Part shown: positions 40,193 to 49,460 of the stretch, in pieces | Numbering within the stretch: the first letter of the stretch is position 1 | How the letters are laid out: each line of letters begins with the position of its first letter | Assembly (NCBI GenBank): GCA_001304505.1 | Contig: LJUQ01000016.1 | Coordinates: forward strand, 1 to 63,390 | DNA: 63,390 nt | Direction: 5' to 3' | Source of the DNA: Bacteroides sp. SM23_62_1 | GTDB taxonomy: Bacteria > Bacteroidota > Bacteroidia > Bacteroidales > SM23-62 | Position numbers and translations under genes: made by a program | The notes under the pieces: generated by a model | Told to the model about the DNA's origin: nothing | Seen by the model: only the letters and a program-made list of their open reading frames with translations | Databases searched by the model: none

Positions 40193-41170
40193 ATGATGAA
40201 TATTAAAATCTCATCAGTATTTTTAATTCTTTCATTTTTAACAATCAATCTGGCAATATCACAGCAAATTGAGCAAAAAATGGTCATTGAATTAAAATAC
40301 CTCGTATATATACCGGGGGGTTACGATGTTTCGAAAGAAACAAAATGGCCTTTGATACTTTTCCTGCATGGTGCCGGTGAACGGGGTGATAACCTTGAAA
40401 TGGTAAAAAGACATGGACCACCGAAATTGGTGAATGAAGGGAAAAAATTCGAATTCATTATTGTTTCTCCGCAATGTCCTGCGAGACAATGGTGGTCGGC
40501 TGAAGTCCTTAACCGCCTGTTGGATAAACTTATCGGGGAATACCGAATTGATGAAGAGCGGATCTATTTAACAGGTCTGAGCATGGGAGGTTATGGAACA
40601 TGGGACCTGGCATCCACCTATCCGGACCGTTTTTCCGCCATTGCTCCTGTCTGTGGCGGAGGCCACCCGGAGCTTGCATGGAACATGCGGCATATCCCAG
40701 CATGGATATTTCACGGGGAGAAGGATGAGGTTGTACCCGTTGGATTATCAAGAGTGATGTTAAATGCACTGAAGAAATATAACCCTGATGTTAAACTGAC
40801 TGTTTATCCTGAAGCCTTTCATGATAGCTGGACAGAGACCTATAACAATCCGGAATTATATGAATGGTTTCTTCAGCATAAAAAATATAAGCCAGATACG
40901 GTAAGCACCAATGAAAAATTATATGAGTCACTCGCCGGTGAATATCATTTTATTTATAGTGACAGAAAAATAATTATCACTTCAAGCGGAACGAATCTCT
41001 ATGCAGAGGAAATTGAAGGTCTAAAGATACCATTGATCCCTGAATCAGCTTATGCATACCATTTCAGGAATAGTAATGGGGGGATCACTTTCCAGATGAA
41101 TGATAAAGGTCGGGTAACCGGATTGATCTACCATCACGATGGAGAATTGCCGGCTCAAAAAGTTAAATAA
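40193..41170 (+). CDS. secreted alpha/beta hydrolase (carboxylesterase / predicted peptidase family) with extra C-terminal domain
   Basis: Signal peptide is present. PLILFLHGAGERG, the nucleophile elbow LTGLSMGGYGTW, and FHGEKDEVVP...FHDSW are present. Confidence 0.7.
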   Translation: MMNIKISSVFLILSFLTINLAISQQIEQKMVIELKYLVYIPGGYDVSKETKWPLILFLHGAGERGDNLEMVKRHGPPKLVNEGKKFEFIIVSPQCPARQWWSAEVLNRLLDKLIGEYRIDEERIYLTGLSMGGYGTWDLASTYPDRFSAIAPVCGGGHPELAWNMRHIPAWIFHGEKDEVVPVGLSRVMLNALKKYNPDVKLTVYPEAFHDSWTETYNNPELYEWFLQHKKYKPDTVSTNEKLYESLAGEYHFIYSDRKIIITSSGTNLYAEEIEGLKIPLIPESAYAYHFRNSNGGITFQMNDKGRVTGLIYHHDGELPAQKVK

Positions 41171-41183
41171 TGCGCTTAATATT

Positions 41184-41699
41184 TTATTCCTCTTTCGGGA
41201 GTAATCCAGTAAGGCTCTTAATATCTTCTTCTACCTGACCAGAAATCTCATCAATCATTTTCTTCGAAAGGTCAACAGCTTTCAGGGATTCTTTCGTATT
41301 GTCTGTTGCAGCTTTTACCTTGGTAACAGGTTTAACTTTAGTGGCATTTTCCAGCAGATCATTTCCATCAGTTGTAAGGCTTGCAACACGCTCATCCATC
41401 GATTCAAGTGAACCTTTCAAACTCTTTAATCTGCTTATATCTCCCTTTACGCCATCTATTGTAACTTCTTTTTCACCTTCAATATATCCGGAAACATCAA
41501 CCTTGATCTTTTCATAATTTGTGTCAGTTTTCAGAAGCTCAGATAGAAGGTTAAAGGAAGAATTCTTAAAATCGTCATATTGCGATACACCGCAATCAGC
41601 TGGACGCGCAAGCTTTTTTGCCTCTTCCTTGGTGGTTTGACCGGAAACACAAACTACTGTAAAAAATACCAGAAAGAGAAAACATGTTAATGATTTCAT
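41184..41699 (-). CDS. hypothetical secreted protein
   Basis: Signal peptide is present. The rest is lysine/glutamate-rich and probably helical. I recognise no family. Confidence 0.45.
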   Translation of the reverse strand: MKSLTCFLFLVFFTVVCVSGQTTKEEAKKLARPADCGVSQYDDFKNSSFNLLSELLKTDTNYEKIKVDVSGYIEGEKEVTIDGVKGDISRLKSLKGSLESMDERVASLTTDGNDLLENATKVKPVTKVKAATDNTKESLKAVDLSKKMIDEISGQVEEDIKSLTGLLPKEE

Positions 41700-41975
41700 A
41701 AGTGGTAATTTTAAAGATTATTAATAATGTATCGTATGATTGAAGTTTCTAAGTAATTGATTTATAGATTGTTTTTGTTAAGATATTCCGAATTCCTGTG
41801 ATCTCTGAAATAAAATTATAAAATTAAATTACATACCTGTCAATCAATTAATTTGGTTATATAAACTTACATTAAATTATCATTATATACAAACTCAGTA
41901 TAAATCTATATATGTCTCGATATGAATTTATAGAAGAAAATTAATAATTTAAAGCCTCCATTTTAATACACCATA

Positions 41976-43253
41976 ATGACTAATCAAATGAATTTAGAGC
42001 ACCGTTTTTTTAAGTGGCTAATCCTGTTTTTCATTGTTTTTCCATTCTGTAATCCTTCCAGAGATAAGGAGGTAATACAAAAAAGGGATTCCGGTCTGAT
42101 GACGGAGCACTGGCTGGAGGATCTTAATTATTTTGCAGAAGAGTTGCCAAGGCGGCATAAAGACCTGTTCTTCCAGTTAAAGCAGGAAGAATATCTGGAA
42201 GATATCGAGGAGTTAAAGGAAGAATCTTTTTATCTGAAGGATTATGAGATCATCACTGGAATCATGAAAATCACTGCGAAAGTAGGAGATTCACATACTG
42301 GTGTATCTATCTGGAGGATACCTGCTTTCAGACATGTTCCTGTTGATTTTAAGCTGTTCAGCGACGGGATATTTGCCACCGCGGCAATTGAGGAATATCA
42401 ACCTGTTATTGGCCGGAAGCTTAGATCCATCGATGGTCTGGAAATTGAGAAGGTCATCAAAATCCTTGAAACAATTATTTCATTTGAAAATGAGGCACAG
42501 GTTAAGAGCCAGGTTCCATGGTTAATTGGATGTCCTGAAATTCTGCATGCACTTAAGATAATTCCCGGGCCGGACAGTGTAATCATGGAATTTGAAGGGA
42601 GCAGGGAAATAGTGTTAAAACCTGTACAATATGATATTGAAGGGCTTGCATTTATTTCAGCCGTGGATGAAGAACAGGCACCACCTCTTTACCTGGCTCA
42701 CAGGAATTTTTATTACTGGTATGAATGGCTTGATCAGGAACAAACCCTTTATTTTCAGTATAACCGCTGTGCTGAAGCAGATACCCTCTCTTTCAGAGAT
42801 TTTATAAAGGGAATGCTCGAATTCATTGAAGATCATGAGCCAGATAAGTTTATTTTTGACATGCGGTTAAATGGAGGGGGGAATTCTTCCATAGCAGAAC
42901 CACTTATTCATGCCCTTAAAAATAATGAAGAGATTAACCGGGAAGGTAAGTTATTTGTTTGTATTGGAAGATTAACTTTTTCTTCAGCTATTCTGAATGC
43001 AATAACACTCAGAGAGGAAACAAATGCCATCTTTATCGGAGAGCCTACCGGGGGCAAACCAAATCATTACGGAGAGGTCAGAAATATGATTCTCCCCAAT
43101 TCAGGAATTACAATCAGTTATTCGACAAAATATTTTAAGGAGACGGAGGAAGATGAACCATCCTTTTATCCTGATATTGAAATTGACCTTTCATCGGCAG
43201 ATTTCTTTGCAGGCAGGGATCCGGTGCTGGAGGAGATATTAAGGATGAAGTAG
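41976..43253 (+). CDS. S41-like (tail-specific protease related) peptidase family protein
   Basis: FIFDMRLNGGGNSSIAEPLI and GRLTFSSAILNA...FIGEPTGGKPNHYGE resemble the S41 catalytic domain. Confidence 0.55.
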   Translation: MTNQMNLEHRFFKWLILFFIVFPFCNPSRDKEVIQKRDSGLMTEHWLEDLNYFAEELPRRHKDLFFQLKQEEYLEDIEELKEESFYLKDYEIITGIMKITAKVGDSHTGVSIWRIPAFRHVPVDFKLFSDGIFATAAIEEYQPVIGRKLRSIDGLEIEKVIKILETIISFENEAQVKSQVPWLIGCPEILHALKIIPGPDSVIMEFEGSREIVLKPVQYDIEGLAFISAVDEEQAPPLYLAHRNFYYWYEWLDQEQTLYFQYNRCAEADTLSFRDFIKGMLEFIEDHEPDKFIFDMRLNGGGNSSIAEPLIHALKNNEEINREGKLFVCIGRLTFSSAILNAITLREETNAIFIGEPTGGKPNHYGEVRNMILPNSGITISYSTKYFKETEEDEPSFYPDIEIDLSSADFFAGRDPVLEEILRMK

Positions 43254-43259
43254 TAAGGA

Positions 43260-43357
43260 TTCACCCCCCCCTAACCTCCCCCCTGAAAGGGGGAGGCCGG
43301 GAGGGGGTACCTGTTCCCCTTCCCTCTTCAGGGGAAGGGGATAGGGGATGGGGTGAA
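43260..43357. repeat. GC-rich compound palindrome (outer TTCACCCC / GGGGTGAA with two inner hairpins)
   Basis: The inner hairpins are cctcccccctgaaagggggagg and ccccttccctcttcaggggaagggg. A related half-element, tcacccccggatcaaagggtga, lies at 43412-43436. Confidence 0.6.
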
Positions 43358-43454
43358 GTTATGAACAACAATTTGAAAGATTTACTTCGTTATTAAATTA
43401 AAAGGTTGTGACTCACCCCCGGATCAAAGGGTGATACAAAACTCATAAAATATT

Positions 43455-45131
43455 ATGAAACAAATTGTTCTCATGGCAATGCTTGTGTTCCTGTTAACCT
43501 TACCGGGTTGTAAGGGAAAGAAACAGCAGGATCAGGAAATTTCAGAGGACGAAGAATTAATGGAGGATAACAGGCCCAATATTTTGTTTGCCATTGCTGA
43601 TGATATGAGTTGGTTACATACAAGCTTTGCCGGATGTGAGGCTATTCAGACACCCAGTATTGACTATCTGGCCAGGAACGGAGCATGGTTTAATCATGCT
43701 TACTGCTCTGCTCCATCATGTTCTGCTTCCCGTGCATCAATTCTTACCGGGCGAAATGGTTTTGAACTCAGGGAAGGCGCCTGTCTCTGGAGCATCATTC
43801 CTTCAGAATTCAAAACCTATACGGATTATTTGGAAGAATCGGGTTACTTTACGGGTTGTACAGGCAAAGGATGGGGACCTGGTGACTGGGAAGACAGCGG
43901 GCGGAAAAAAAATCCCGCCGGAGAAGAATACCAGGCAATCCGCAAAATCCCGTATGAGCAATTTGGAGAAACAAATCCGATGAGTAATGTGGATTATGCC
44001 GGCAATTTTGCCGAGTTTATGAAAAGAAAGCCAGCAGGGCAACCGTTTTGTTTCTGGTATGGGGCCTCTGAGCCGCACAGGGATTATTTGAAAAACATAG
44101 GGCAGATGATGGGTAAAAGGATAGGTGATATCAGTGTTCCGGCATTTTTGCCTGATGTTCCGGAAGTGAGAAATGATATACTGGATTACCTTGTTGAGAT
44201 AGAATGGTTTGATTTACATCTTGGCAAAATGATTGATTTATTGCGAGCAGAAGGTGAGCTGGATAATACTGTTATCGTTGTCACTTCCGATAACGGGATG
44301 CCTTTTCCAAGGGCAAAATCGAATCTTTATGAGTATGGGACACATATGCCGTTTATCATTTTTTATAAAAAATTAATACCGGGAGGGCGGGAAATTGACG
44401 ACTTTGTCAGCCATACTGACCTGGCTCCCACATTCCTTGAACTGGCCGGCTTATCGGTTCCTGAAGAAATGTCGGGAAAGAGCCTGGTTGATATACTGAA
44501 TTCAAATATATCGGGATCTGTTGATCCTTCACGCAACAGGGTTTTTACATTCAGGGAAAGACACGCATGGGTTCAACCCGAAGGACAGATTTATCCCATG
44601 CGGGCAATGCGGAAGGATCCATACTTGATTATCTGGAATCCTGAGCCAGAGATGTTTCCGGCAGGCCATCCCGATCCTCAATATAATTTCAATTATTATC
44701 CTTATGGTGATGTTGATAACAGTCCGACAAAGGATTTCCTTCTTTCACTTCAAAAAAATGAAATAATGAACTGGTATTATGACCTTGCATGGGGCAAGAG
44801 GCCTGAGTACGAACTCTATAACGTGAACGATGATCCCTATCAGATTAAAAATCTTGCAGGGCTGGATGAATATAAAGAAATCCGGGATCAAATGGTTGAT
44901 GAGCTGAAGGATTATCTTATCGAACGGGGTGATCTGAGAATGAGTGGCAGGGAAGAGATATATTTCAACGCACCTTATTATGCATATAAAGGATTTGCAT
45001 CGGGGGGACTTTTCCTGAAAGAATGGGAAAAACTGAATGATGAAGAGCAAAAACTGGCAATCGAACGGGAGAATATTAAATTGAAAGAAAACCTGGAGAA
45101 GTTAAAAGAGTTAGGATGGAAACTTAATTGA
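43455..45131 (+). CDS. sulfatase (formylglycine-dependent arylsulfatase family), lipoprotein-like signal
   Basis: NILFAIADDMSW, the active-site region CSAPSCSASRASILTGR, and VTSDNGMPFPRAK are present. Confidence 0.85.
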   Translation: MKQIVLMAMLVFLLTLPGCKGKKQQDQEISEDEELMEDNRPNILFAIADDMSWLHTSFAGCEAIQTPSIDYLARNGAWFNHAYCSAPSCSASRASILTGRNGFELREGACLWSIIPSEFKTYTDYLEESGYFTGCTGKGWGPGDWEDSGRKKNPAGEEYQAIRKIPYEQFGETNPMSNVDYAGNFAEFMKRKPAGQPFCFWYGASEPHRDYLKNIGQMMGKRIGDISVPAFLPDVPEVRNDILDYLVEIEWFDLHLGKMIDLLRAEGELDNTVIVVTSDNGMPFPRAKSNLYEYGTHMPFIIFYKKLIPGGREIDDFVSHTDLAPTFLELAGLSVPEEMSGKSLVDILNSNISGSVDPSRNRVFTFRERHAWVQPEGQIYPMRAMRKDPYLIIWNPEPEMFPAGHPDPQYNFNYYPYGDVDNSPTKDFLLSLQKNEIMNWYYDLAWGKRPEYELYNVNDDPYQIKNLAGLDEYKEIRDQMVDELKDYLIERGDLRMSGREEIYFNAPYYAYKGFASGGLFLKEWEKLNDEEQKLAIERENIKLKENLEKLKELGWKLN

Positions 45132-46707
45132 AGGTCAATTTCATAAATTTGAATTTCCTGTAATGCAGGGCAGGCATTACCATTTCATTTGTTTTCATGT
45201 CATAATAAAAAAGAGGTGCCGGGGTAAGCATTCTCTTTTTTTTCTTCAGATAGATAATATCTTTTCCCATCTCCCCGAATTCGCCAATTTCAACACATGA
45301 GAGATAAGCTTTGGAATTGTAGACGAAAGAAACCAAATCCTTCTCAGGATCCCTGTTGAGGTTTTTCAGGTTTTCGTTATAAAGGATCTCAATTTTATTC
45401 CAGTGGGGGGGAGCTAAAAGAGCATAGGATGCATAATTATGAGTGGTATTCATGGCATGGTTCTGGACTTTTCTGATAACCCTTTCCCACATAACATCGC
45501 CCTCAGCTGTTAATCCCATAACTATAATATTCATATGATTATCATAGCTCTGATCAAACAGCTGTTCCCCGGATATGATAAAATTTCCATTCTCCCTCAA
45601 CACCAGATGATCGAGATAGAAGCTATAAAGATATTTATATTCCTGGTCTGGTCTTAGATTCATACTTTCTTTCAAAAAATAAGATTCCATCTCGTGAAAC
45701 TTCAAGTTATTGATAATGTGGTACTCATGGTCTATTGTAAAGAAAAACAACCCATCAATACTGTGATCGTTGATACTGGGGGAATAAAAGCCGGCACAGG
45801 CCAGTTCATTATCAAGGGTTGTTTCAATTCCAATACCCCTGATATATCTGTTTGGAAAATCGGCAAGATACCTGTTTACCGAGTTGCCCTGCTCAGTGAA
45901 AGCGACAATGAGATAGCTGTTTTTCCTTTCACTGAAATGCTGAAGCAGGACAGGTTGATAATAAAGGCATATCATATAAGCATTTCCCGTTTCGTCCACC
46001 AGGAATTCAGCAACACTGTAAATTTTTTTATCATGCTGGATCCGATCACCAGATTCCCATTCAAGTTCCAGCCCTTCTCCAAAAACCATGAACCTGATCT
46101 CCTGTATTTTAGGCCCCCAGATAATGGTACGGCTGACAACCAGGAGTTTCTTTTCCAGCCGGGATAGTGTAACATGAAAATCTGCCCTCCAGCCCCCCAT
46201 ATCGGGAACCTCAATTAATAAACGTTCATCTCCATTTTGCAGAAGTGTTTGTTTATCAATTGTCTGGACAAATAATACATGACTTCTGAAACGCATCTCA
46301 GAAGTGAATAGATACAGGACACCGTGAAAATGAACCAGGGCTACGAGTTCCCTTGTCCGGAATCCGTAGTTCATCGCGAGGTATTCCCTCCTGGCCTGTC
46401 CAAGTGCAGTATCATAGTGTTCGACGGCCCACCGGTAATCCTGGAGGAGAGCGTAAAACCCGGTTGAATCATATCCAATAATTTCAGGAAGAATGTTTTT
46501 TGATTCAAGAAAAAGTTTTTCGCCCCACACCATATCCACCCTGTCGGTTGGCTCCTGGGCACACAGACGTATTGTGATGAAGATTAACGAGACCAATATC
46601 AGGAAACGAGTCGTCAAAACTATATTATTATTTGATAGGAAAGTAAAATCATTTTTACATTTCTCAAAGATACTGAAATAATAGGTTGCAATAAGTTCAA
46701 AGTTCAA
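45124..46707 (-). CDS. hypothetical secreted protein
   Basis: Long ORF with no family I recognise. The track start is a TTG inside the flanking repeat. A TTG at about 46617 would give M-TTRFLILVSLIFITIRLCAQ, a cleaner signal peptide. Confidence 0.5.
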   Translation of the reverse strand: MNFELIATYYFSIFEKCKNDFTFLSNNNIVLTTRFLILVSLIFITIRLCAQEPTDRVDMVWGEKLFLESKNILPEIIGYDSTGFYALLQDYRWAVEHYDTALGQARREYLAMNYGFRTRELVALVHFHGVLYLFTSEMRFRSHVLFVQTIDKQTLLQNGDERLLIEVPDMGGWRADFHVTLSRLEKKLLVVSRTIIWGPKIQEIRFMVFGEGLELEWESGDRIQHDKKIYSVAEFLVDETGNAYMICLYYQPVLLQHFSERKNSYLIVAFTEQGNSVNRYLADFPNRYIRGIGIETTLDNELACAGFYSPSINDHSIDGLFFFTIDHEYHIINNLKFHEMESYFLKESMNLRPDQEYKYLYSFYLDHLVLRENGNFIISGEQLFDQSYDNHMNIIVMGLTAEGDVMWERVIRKVQNHAMNTTHNYASYALLAPPHWNKIEILYNENLKNLNRDPEKDLVSFVYNSKAYLSCVEIGEFGEMGKDIIYLKKKKRMLTPAPLFYYDMKTNEMVMPALHYRKFKFMKLTFN

Positions 46708-46794
46708 GGTCCGAAGTTCAAGGTTTGTGGGAGTATGAGTGTGGGTGAAACATAGTTCAAGGTTTAAAATTTAAGGTTCAAAGTTGGTGTGGGT
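46694..46794. repeat. left arm of inverted-repeat cassette (AGTTCAARG units plus GTGGGAGTATGAGTGTGGGTG box)
   Basis: It is an imperfect reverse complement of 47344-47474. Confidence 0.7.
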
Positions 46795-46906
46795 CAGGGG
46801 GTGGTTTTTGGTGTTGATAGTATAGTTGTTAAATTATTCACAATTACTGACCGATATCTTCAAGTTTTTGTCATAAATGATAAATATTAACTAATATTTC
46901 TTCATC

Positions 46907-47275
46907 ATGGCAACAATAAAGAAATTTGAAGAACTTGAATGCTGGAAGAAGTGCCGGGAACTTTGTAAAAAAGTCTATGAATTAACCAACAAAGAAAAGT
47001 TTTCTAAAGATTTTTCATTAGTTTGGCAGGTTAGAAAATCAAGCGGTTCAGCAATGGACAATATCCCCGAAGGTTTTGAAAGGGGTGGCAACAAGGAATT
47101 TATTAACTTTCTTGGTATCTCCCGGGGATCACTTGCAGAATTAAAATCTCAACTTTACAGAGCGTTAGATCAGGAGTATATTGATGAAAATGAATTTAAG
47201 GATACATATGATCTTGCTTCAGAATGCTCAAAGCTGGTCACAGGACTGATTAATTACCTTAAAAATTCAAAATAA
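46907..47275 (+). CDS. four-helix-bundle protein (23S rRNA intervening-sequence protein family)
   Basis: 122 aa. The pattern F.ELE.W......L...VY.LT....F.K......Q.R.S..S...NI.EG..R....EF..FL.I..GS..E...QL is characteristic of this family. Confidence 0.8.
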   Translation: MATIKKFEELECWKKCRELCKKVYELTNKEKFSKDFSLVWQVRKSSGSAMDNIPEGFERGGNKEFINFLGISRGSLAELKSQLYRALDQEYIDENEFKDTYDLASECSKLVTGLINYLKNSK

Positions 47276-47343
47276 AAGGATTAAAATTCAAATGATCTTT
47301 TTACCCTATGCTGTTAACATGGAGCGTGGACCATGAAGGCAGG

Positions 47344-47474
47344 AACCTTGAACTTTAAACTTTGAACTATACGTATCACTCACACCCACACCAACCTTGA
47401 ACCTTGAACTATACGTATCACTCACACCCACACCAACCTTGAACCTTGAACTTTGAACTTTGAACTTTGAACTG
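47344..47474. repeat. right arm of inverted-repeat cassette, with a perfect 42-bp tandem duplication and a C(C/T)TTGAA heptamer run
   Basis: 47364-47405 is identical to 47406-47447. Five consecutive heptamers occupy 47437-47471 and end 5 nt before the ATG at 47477. Confidence 0.75.
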
Positions 47475-47476
47475 AC

Positions 47477-47899
47477 ATGGAACAACGTGATTACCTGATG
47501 CGTCAGATCGAGCAGCTGGGGGAGGTACTGGCTGTCATGCTTGCCAGGCTACTGGGCATAAAGCAGAAAGGTAATGCAAGCCTGGGACTTGAAGAACTCA
47601 GGCAGACTTATAAGAGCGAACTTGACCTGGATGTGGAAGAACTTATCAGAATTCCGAAAGAAAAAATAGTAGAAACCTTTTTAAAGAAAAACAAATTGAT
47701 GGAGCATCACCTGGAAACGATTGCGGAATTATTACAGGTGACCGGGGAAGACCTGATCAGCTATGACCGGGTAAAGGACGGGAATAATATCCTGGAAAAG
47801 TCACTTTATATTCTCGAATATCTGCAAACTACAAGTAAGGTATATTCAATAAACCGCGTGATGAAAATCGGGTATTTGAAAAATATGCTTAAGGAATAA
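47477..47899 (+). CDS. hypothetical helical protein
   Basis: 140-aa ORF with no overlap and coding-like composition. I recognise no family. Confidence 0.5.
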   Translation: MEQRDYLMRQIEQLGEVLAVMLARLLGIKQKGNASLGLEELRQTYKSELDLDVEELIRIPKEKIVETFLKKNKLMEHHLETIAELLQVTGEDLISYDRVKDGNNILEKSLYILEYLQTTSKVYSINRVMKIGYLKNMLKE

Positions 47900-48075
47900 T
47901 AATGCTAAGGTGTTGTGAGACAAAATCAAAGGATTTTATATACTACCTCCAAAATTTTACAATTCAACTACTTAATCGTATTTATCTCACAAGAAGTAAA
48001 AAGTTATCTTCTGACAAAAGACTCATTTGTTTTTTTCCTGTAAGGTCATCTACGGTTGCCCGGATCTCAGTAATT

Positions 48076-48666
48076 TCAACCTGTTTTTCTAAACACCATA
48101 CAATAATTTTTCATAACAACTCCTTTGGGCCCTTCAGTATAAATAATATCAAAGTTGTTTATGTTCATAAAGTTAATTACATCCTCAATGGTATAAATGC
48201 CGTAATTTTTAGCAAAGGGTCTGAAAATCCGGGCAGCTAACTTTGAGTAGGCAAAATCATAGAAGATAAAATAACCGTTAAGTTTTAAAATGCGATTTAT
48301 TTCTTCCAATGTCTTTTCCCAATTGCCAATATGATGAAGGACAAATATTGACAGAGCCATATCAAATTCCTGATCCCCGAATGGAAGCTTTGTTGAGTCC
48401 GCTACTATAAATGTTAAATGCTCATTCTCCTTGTTATACATTTTAGCAATTGTAATCTGTTCCGGATCCAGGTCTGTACCTGTAACATTCATCTTATGCC
48501 TGTTTACCAGATGTGCCGAAACTATACCAACACCACATCCGATTTCAAGTACACGGGATATATTGCTTAAATCGACATTTGAAAATAAACGTTCAATAAG
48601 TTTCAGGTTCTTCTGTGCATGCTTCTGGCTGTTGACAAACCTTTTTTCTATCTTACCCATTTTCAT
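48076..48666 (-). CDS. class I SAM-dependent methyltransferase
   Basis: Motif I is VLEIGCGVGIVS, followed by GTDLD, and post-motif features (FDMALSIFVLHH). Confidence 0.8.
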   Translation of the reverse strand: MKMGKIEKRFVNSQKHAQKNLKLIERLFSNVDLSNISRVLEIGCGVGIVSAHLVNRHKMNVTGTDLDPEQITIAKMYNKENEHLTFIVADSTKLPFGDQEFDMALSIFVLHHIGNWEKTLEEINRILKLNGYFIFYDFAYSKLAARIFRPFAKNYGIYTIEDVINFMNINNFDIIYTEGPKGVVMKNYCMVFRKTG

Positions 48667-48696
48667 TTTACCGATTCTTATTAATGGTTAGTATTA

Positions 48697-49143
48697 TTAT
48701 TCCGCAATAAGTTCTTCAATAATTTTTATGGAATCGAGTATACATTTTTCACATACAATTTCAAATAATCGCTTGTCATGTGCATACTGTCGTCCTCTCT
48801 CTGTTTTCAAATCACAATTTATCAATGATTTACAATTCGTTGTGTCATGAATTGCTATAAATTTATCTGTAAAACTCTGAATCATTTCATATGTTTTCTC
48901 TTTCCTGTCTTTGTTGTCCGAAAATTTATTACAATTAAAAATGCCAAAAACCATAAAAGATCCGGTTACCGCTCCACATGTTTCCTGAAGCCTGCCCATG
49001 CCTGCACCGAAACCACATGCCATTCTTAAGGCTAAATGGTTATCAAAATTTAAATTATCGGAATAAGCTGTCAATACTGATTGTGCACAGTTCAGGCCGG
49101 ATTTAAAAGTATCAATGGCTATTTCTTCTTTTTTTGATTTCAT
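48697..49143 (-). CDS. C_GCAxxG_C_C family protein
   Basis: FKSGLNCAQSVLTAYS...ACGFGAGMG.LQETCGAVTG...NCKSLINC is present. The Met at 49143 is preferred over the track start at 49251. Confidence 0.8.
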   Translation of the reverse strand: MKSKKEEIAIDTFKSGLNCAQSVLTAYSDNLNFDNHLALRMACGFGAGMGRLQETCGAVTGSFMVFGIFNCNKFSDNKDRKEKTYEMIQSFTDKFIAIHDTTNCKSLINCDLKTERGRQYAHDKRLFEIVCEKCILDSIKIIEELIAE

Positions 49144-49147
49144 TGAT

Positions 49148-49330
49148 TTATTTAATTTTTTCAACGATAAGCAGAAAATCAATTTTTGCAGTTGCTCCCA
49201 TTCCCTGGAATGTTGGCCGGACATTCGGAATAACGGATATAACTTCTCCATCGAGTTTATTTAAAAACTGTTCAAGTCTTTCCTGCATTTTGTCACTTTT
49301 GACTTCGATGCGATGTACTCTGTATTTCAT
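49148..49330 (-). CDS. small hypothetical protein (60 aa)
   Basis: The ORF ends 2 nt before the next gene start, which suggests an operon. I recognise no family. Confidence 0.4.
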   Translation of the reverse strand: MKYRVHRIEVKSDKMQERLEQFLNKLDGEVISVIPNVRPTFQGMGATAKIDFLLIVEKIK

Positions 49331-49358
49331 AATAGTATAGGATATTTATTATGTATGT

Positions 49359-49381
49359 TATTGAATGTTAAATTATTATAA
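49359..49381. repeat. 23-nt exact repeat TATTGAATGTTAAATTATTATAA (copy 2)
   Basis: Identical to 39225-39247. It lies 29 nt upstream, in gene sense, of the 49330 start. Confidence 0.7.
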
Positions 49382-49460
49382 CAGATCTCACTATCGGCAC
49401 GGCCTATTATATATCTAAATATCAATATTTTCATCTTAAATAGCAAATCGTGTTTAAAAA

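Noticed and set aside
46907-47275. Four-helix-bundle protein as an Avd-like component of a diversity-generating retroelement that might target the variable propeller genes
   Set aside because: No reverse transcriptase ORF is present, and I could find no template/variable repeat pair with adenine-specific differences. The paralog differences are indels and general substitutions.
47344-47474. Direct repeats that might be taken for a CRISPR array
   Set aside because: There are only two abutting identical 42-bp copies with no spacers, plus heptamer units. The sequence is the reverse complement of the left arm at 46694-46794. No cas genes are present.
47902-48240. 112-aa plus-strand ORF after the 47477 gene
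   Set aside because: Its 3-prime half overlaps the SAM methyltransferase gene on the opposite strand, its composition is unconvincing, and it matches no family.
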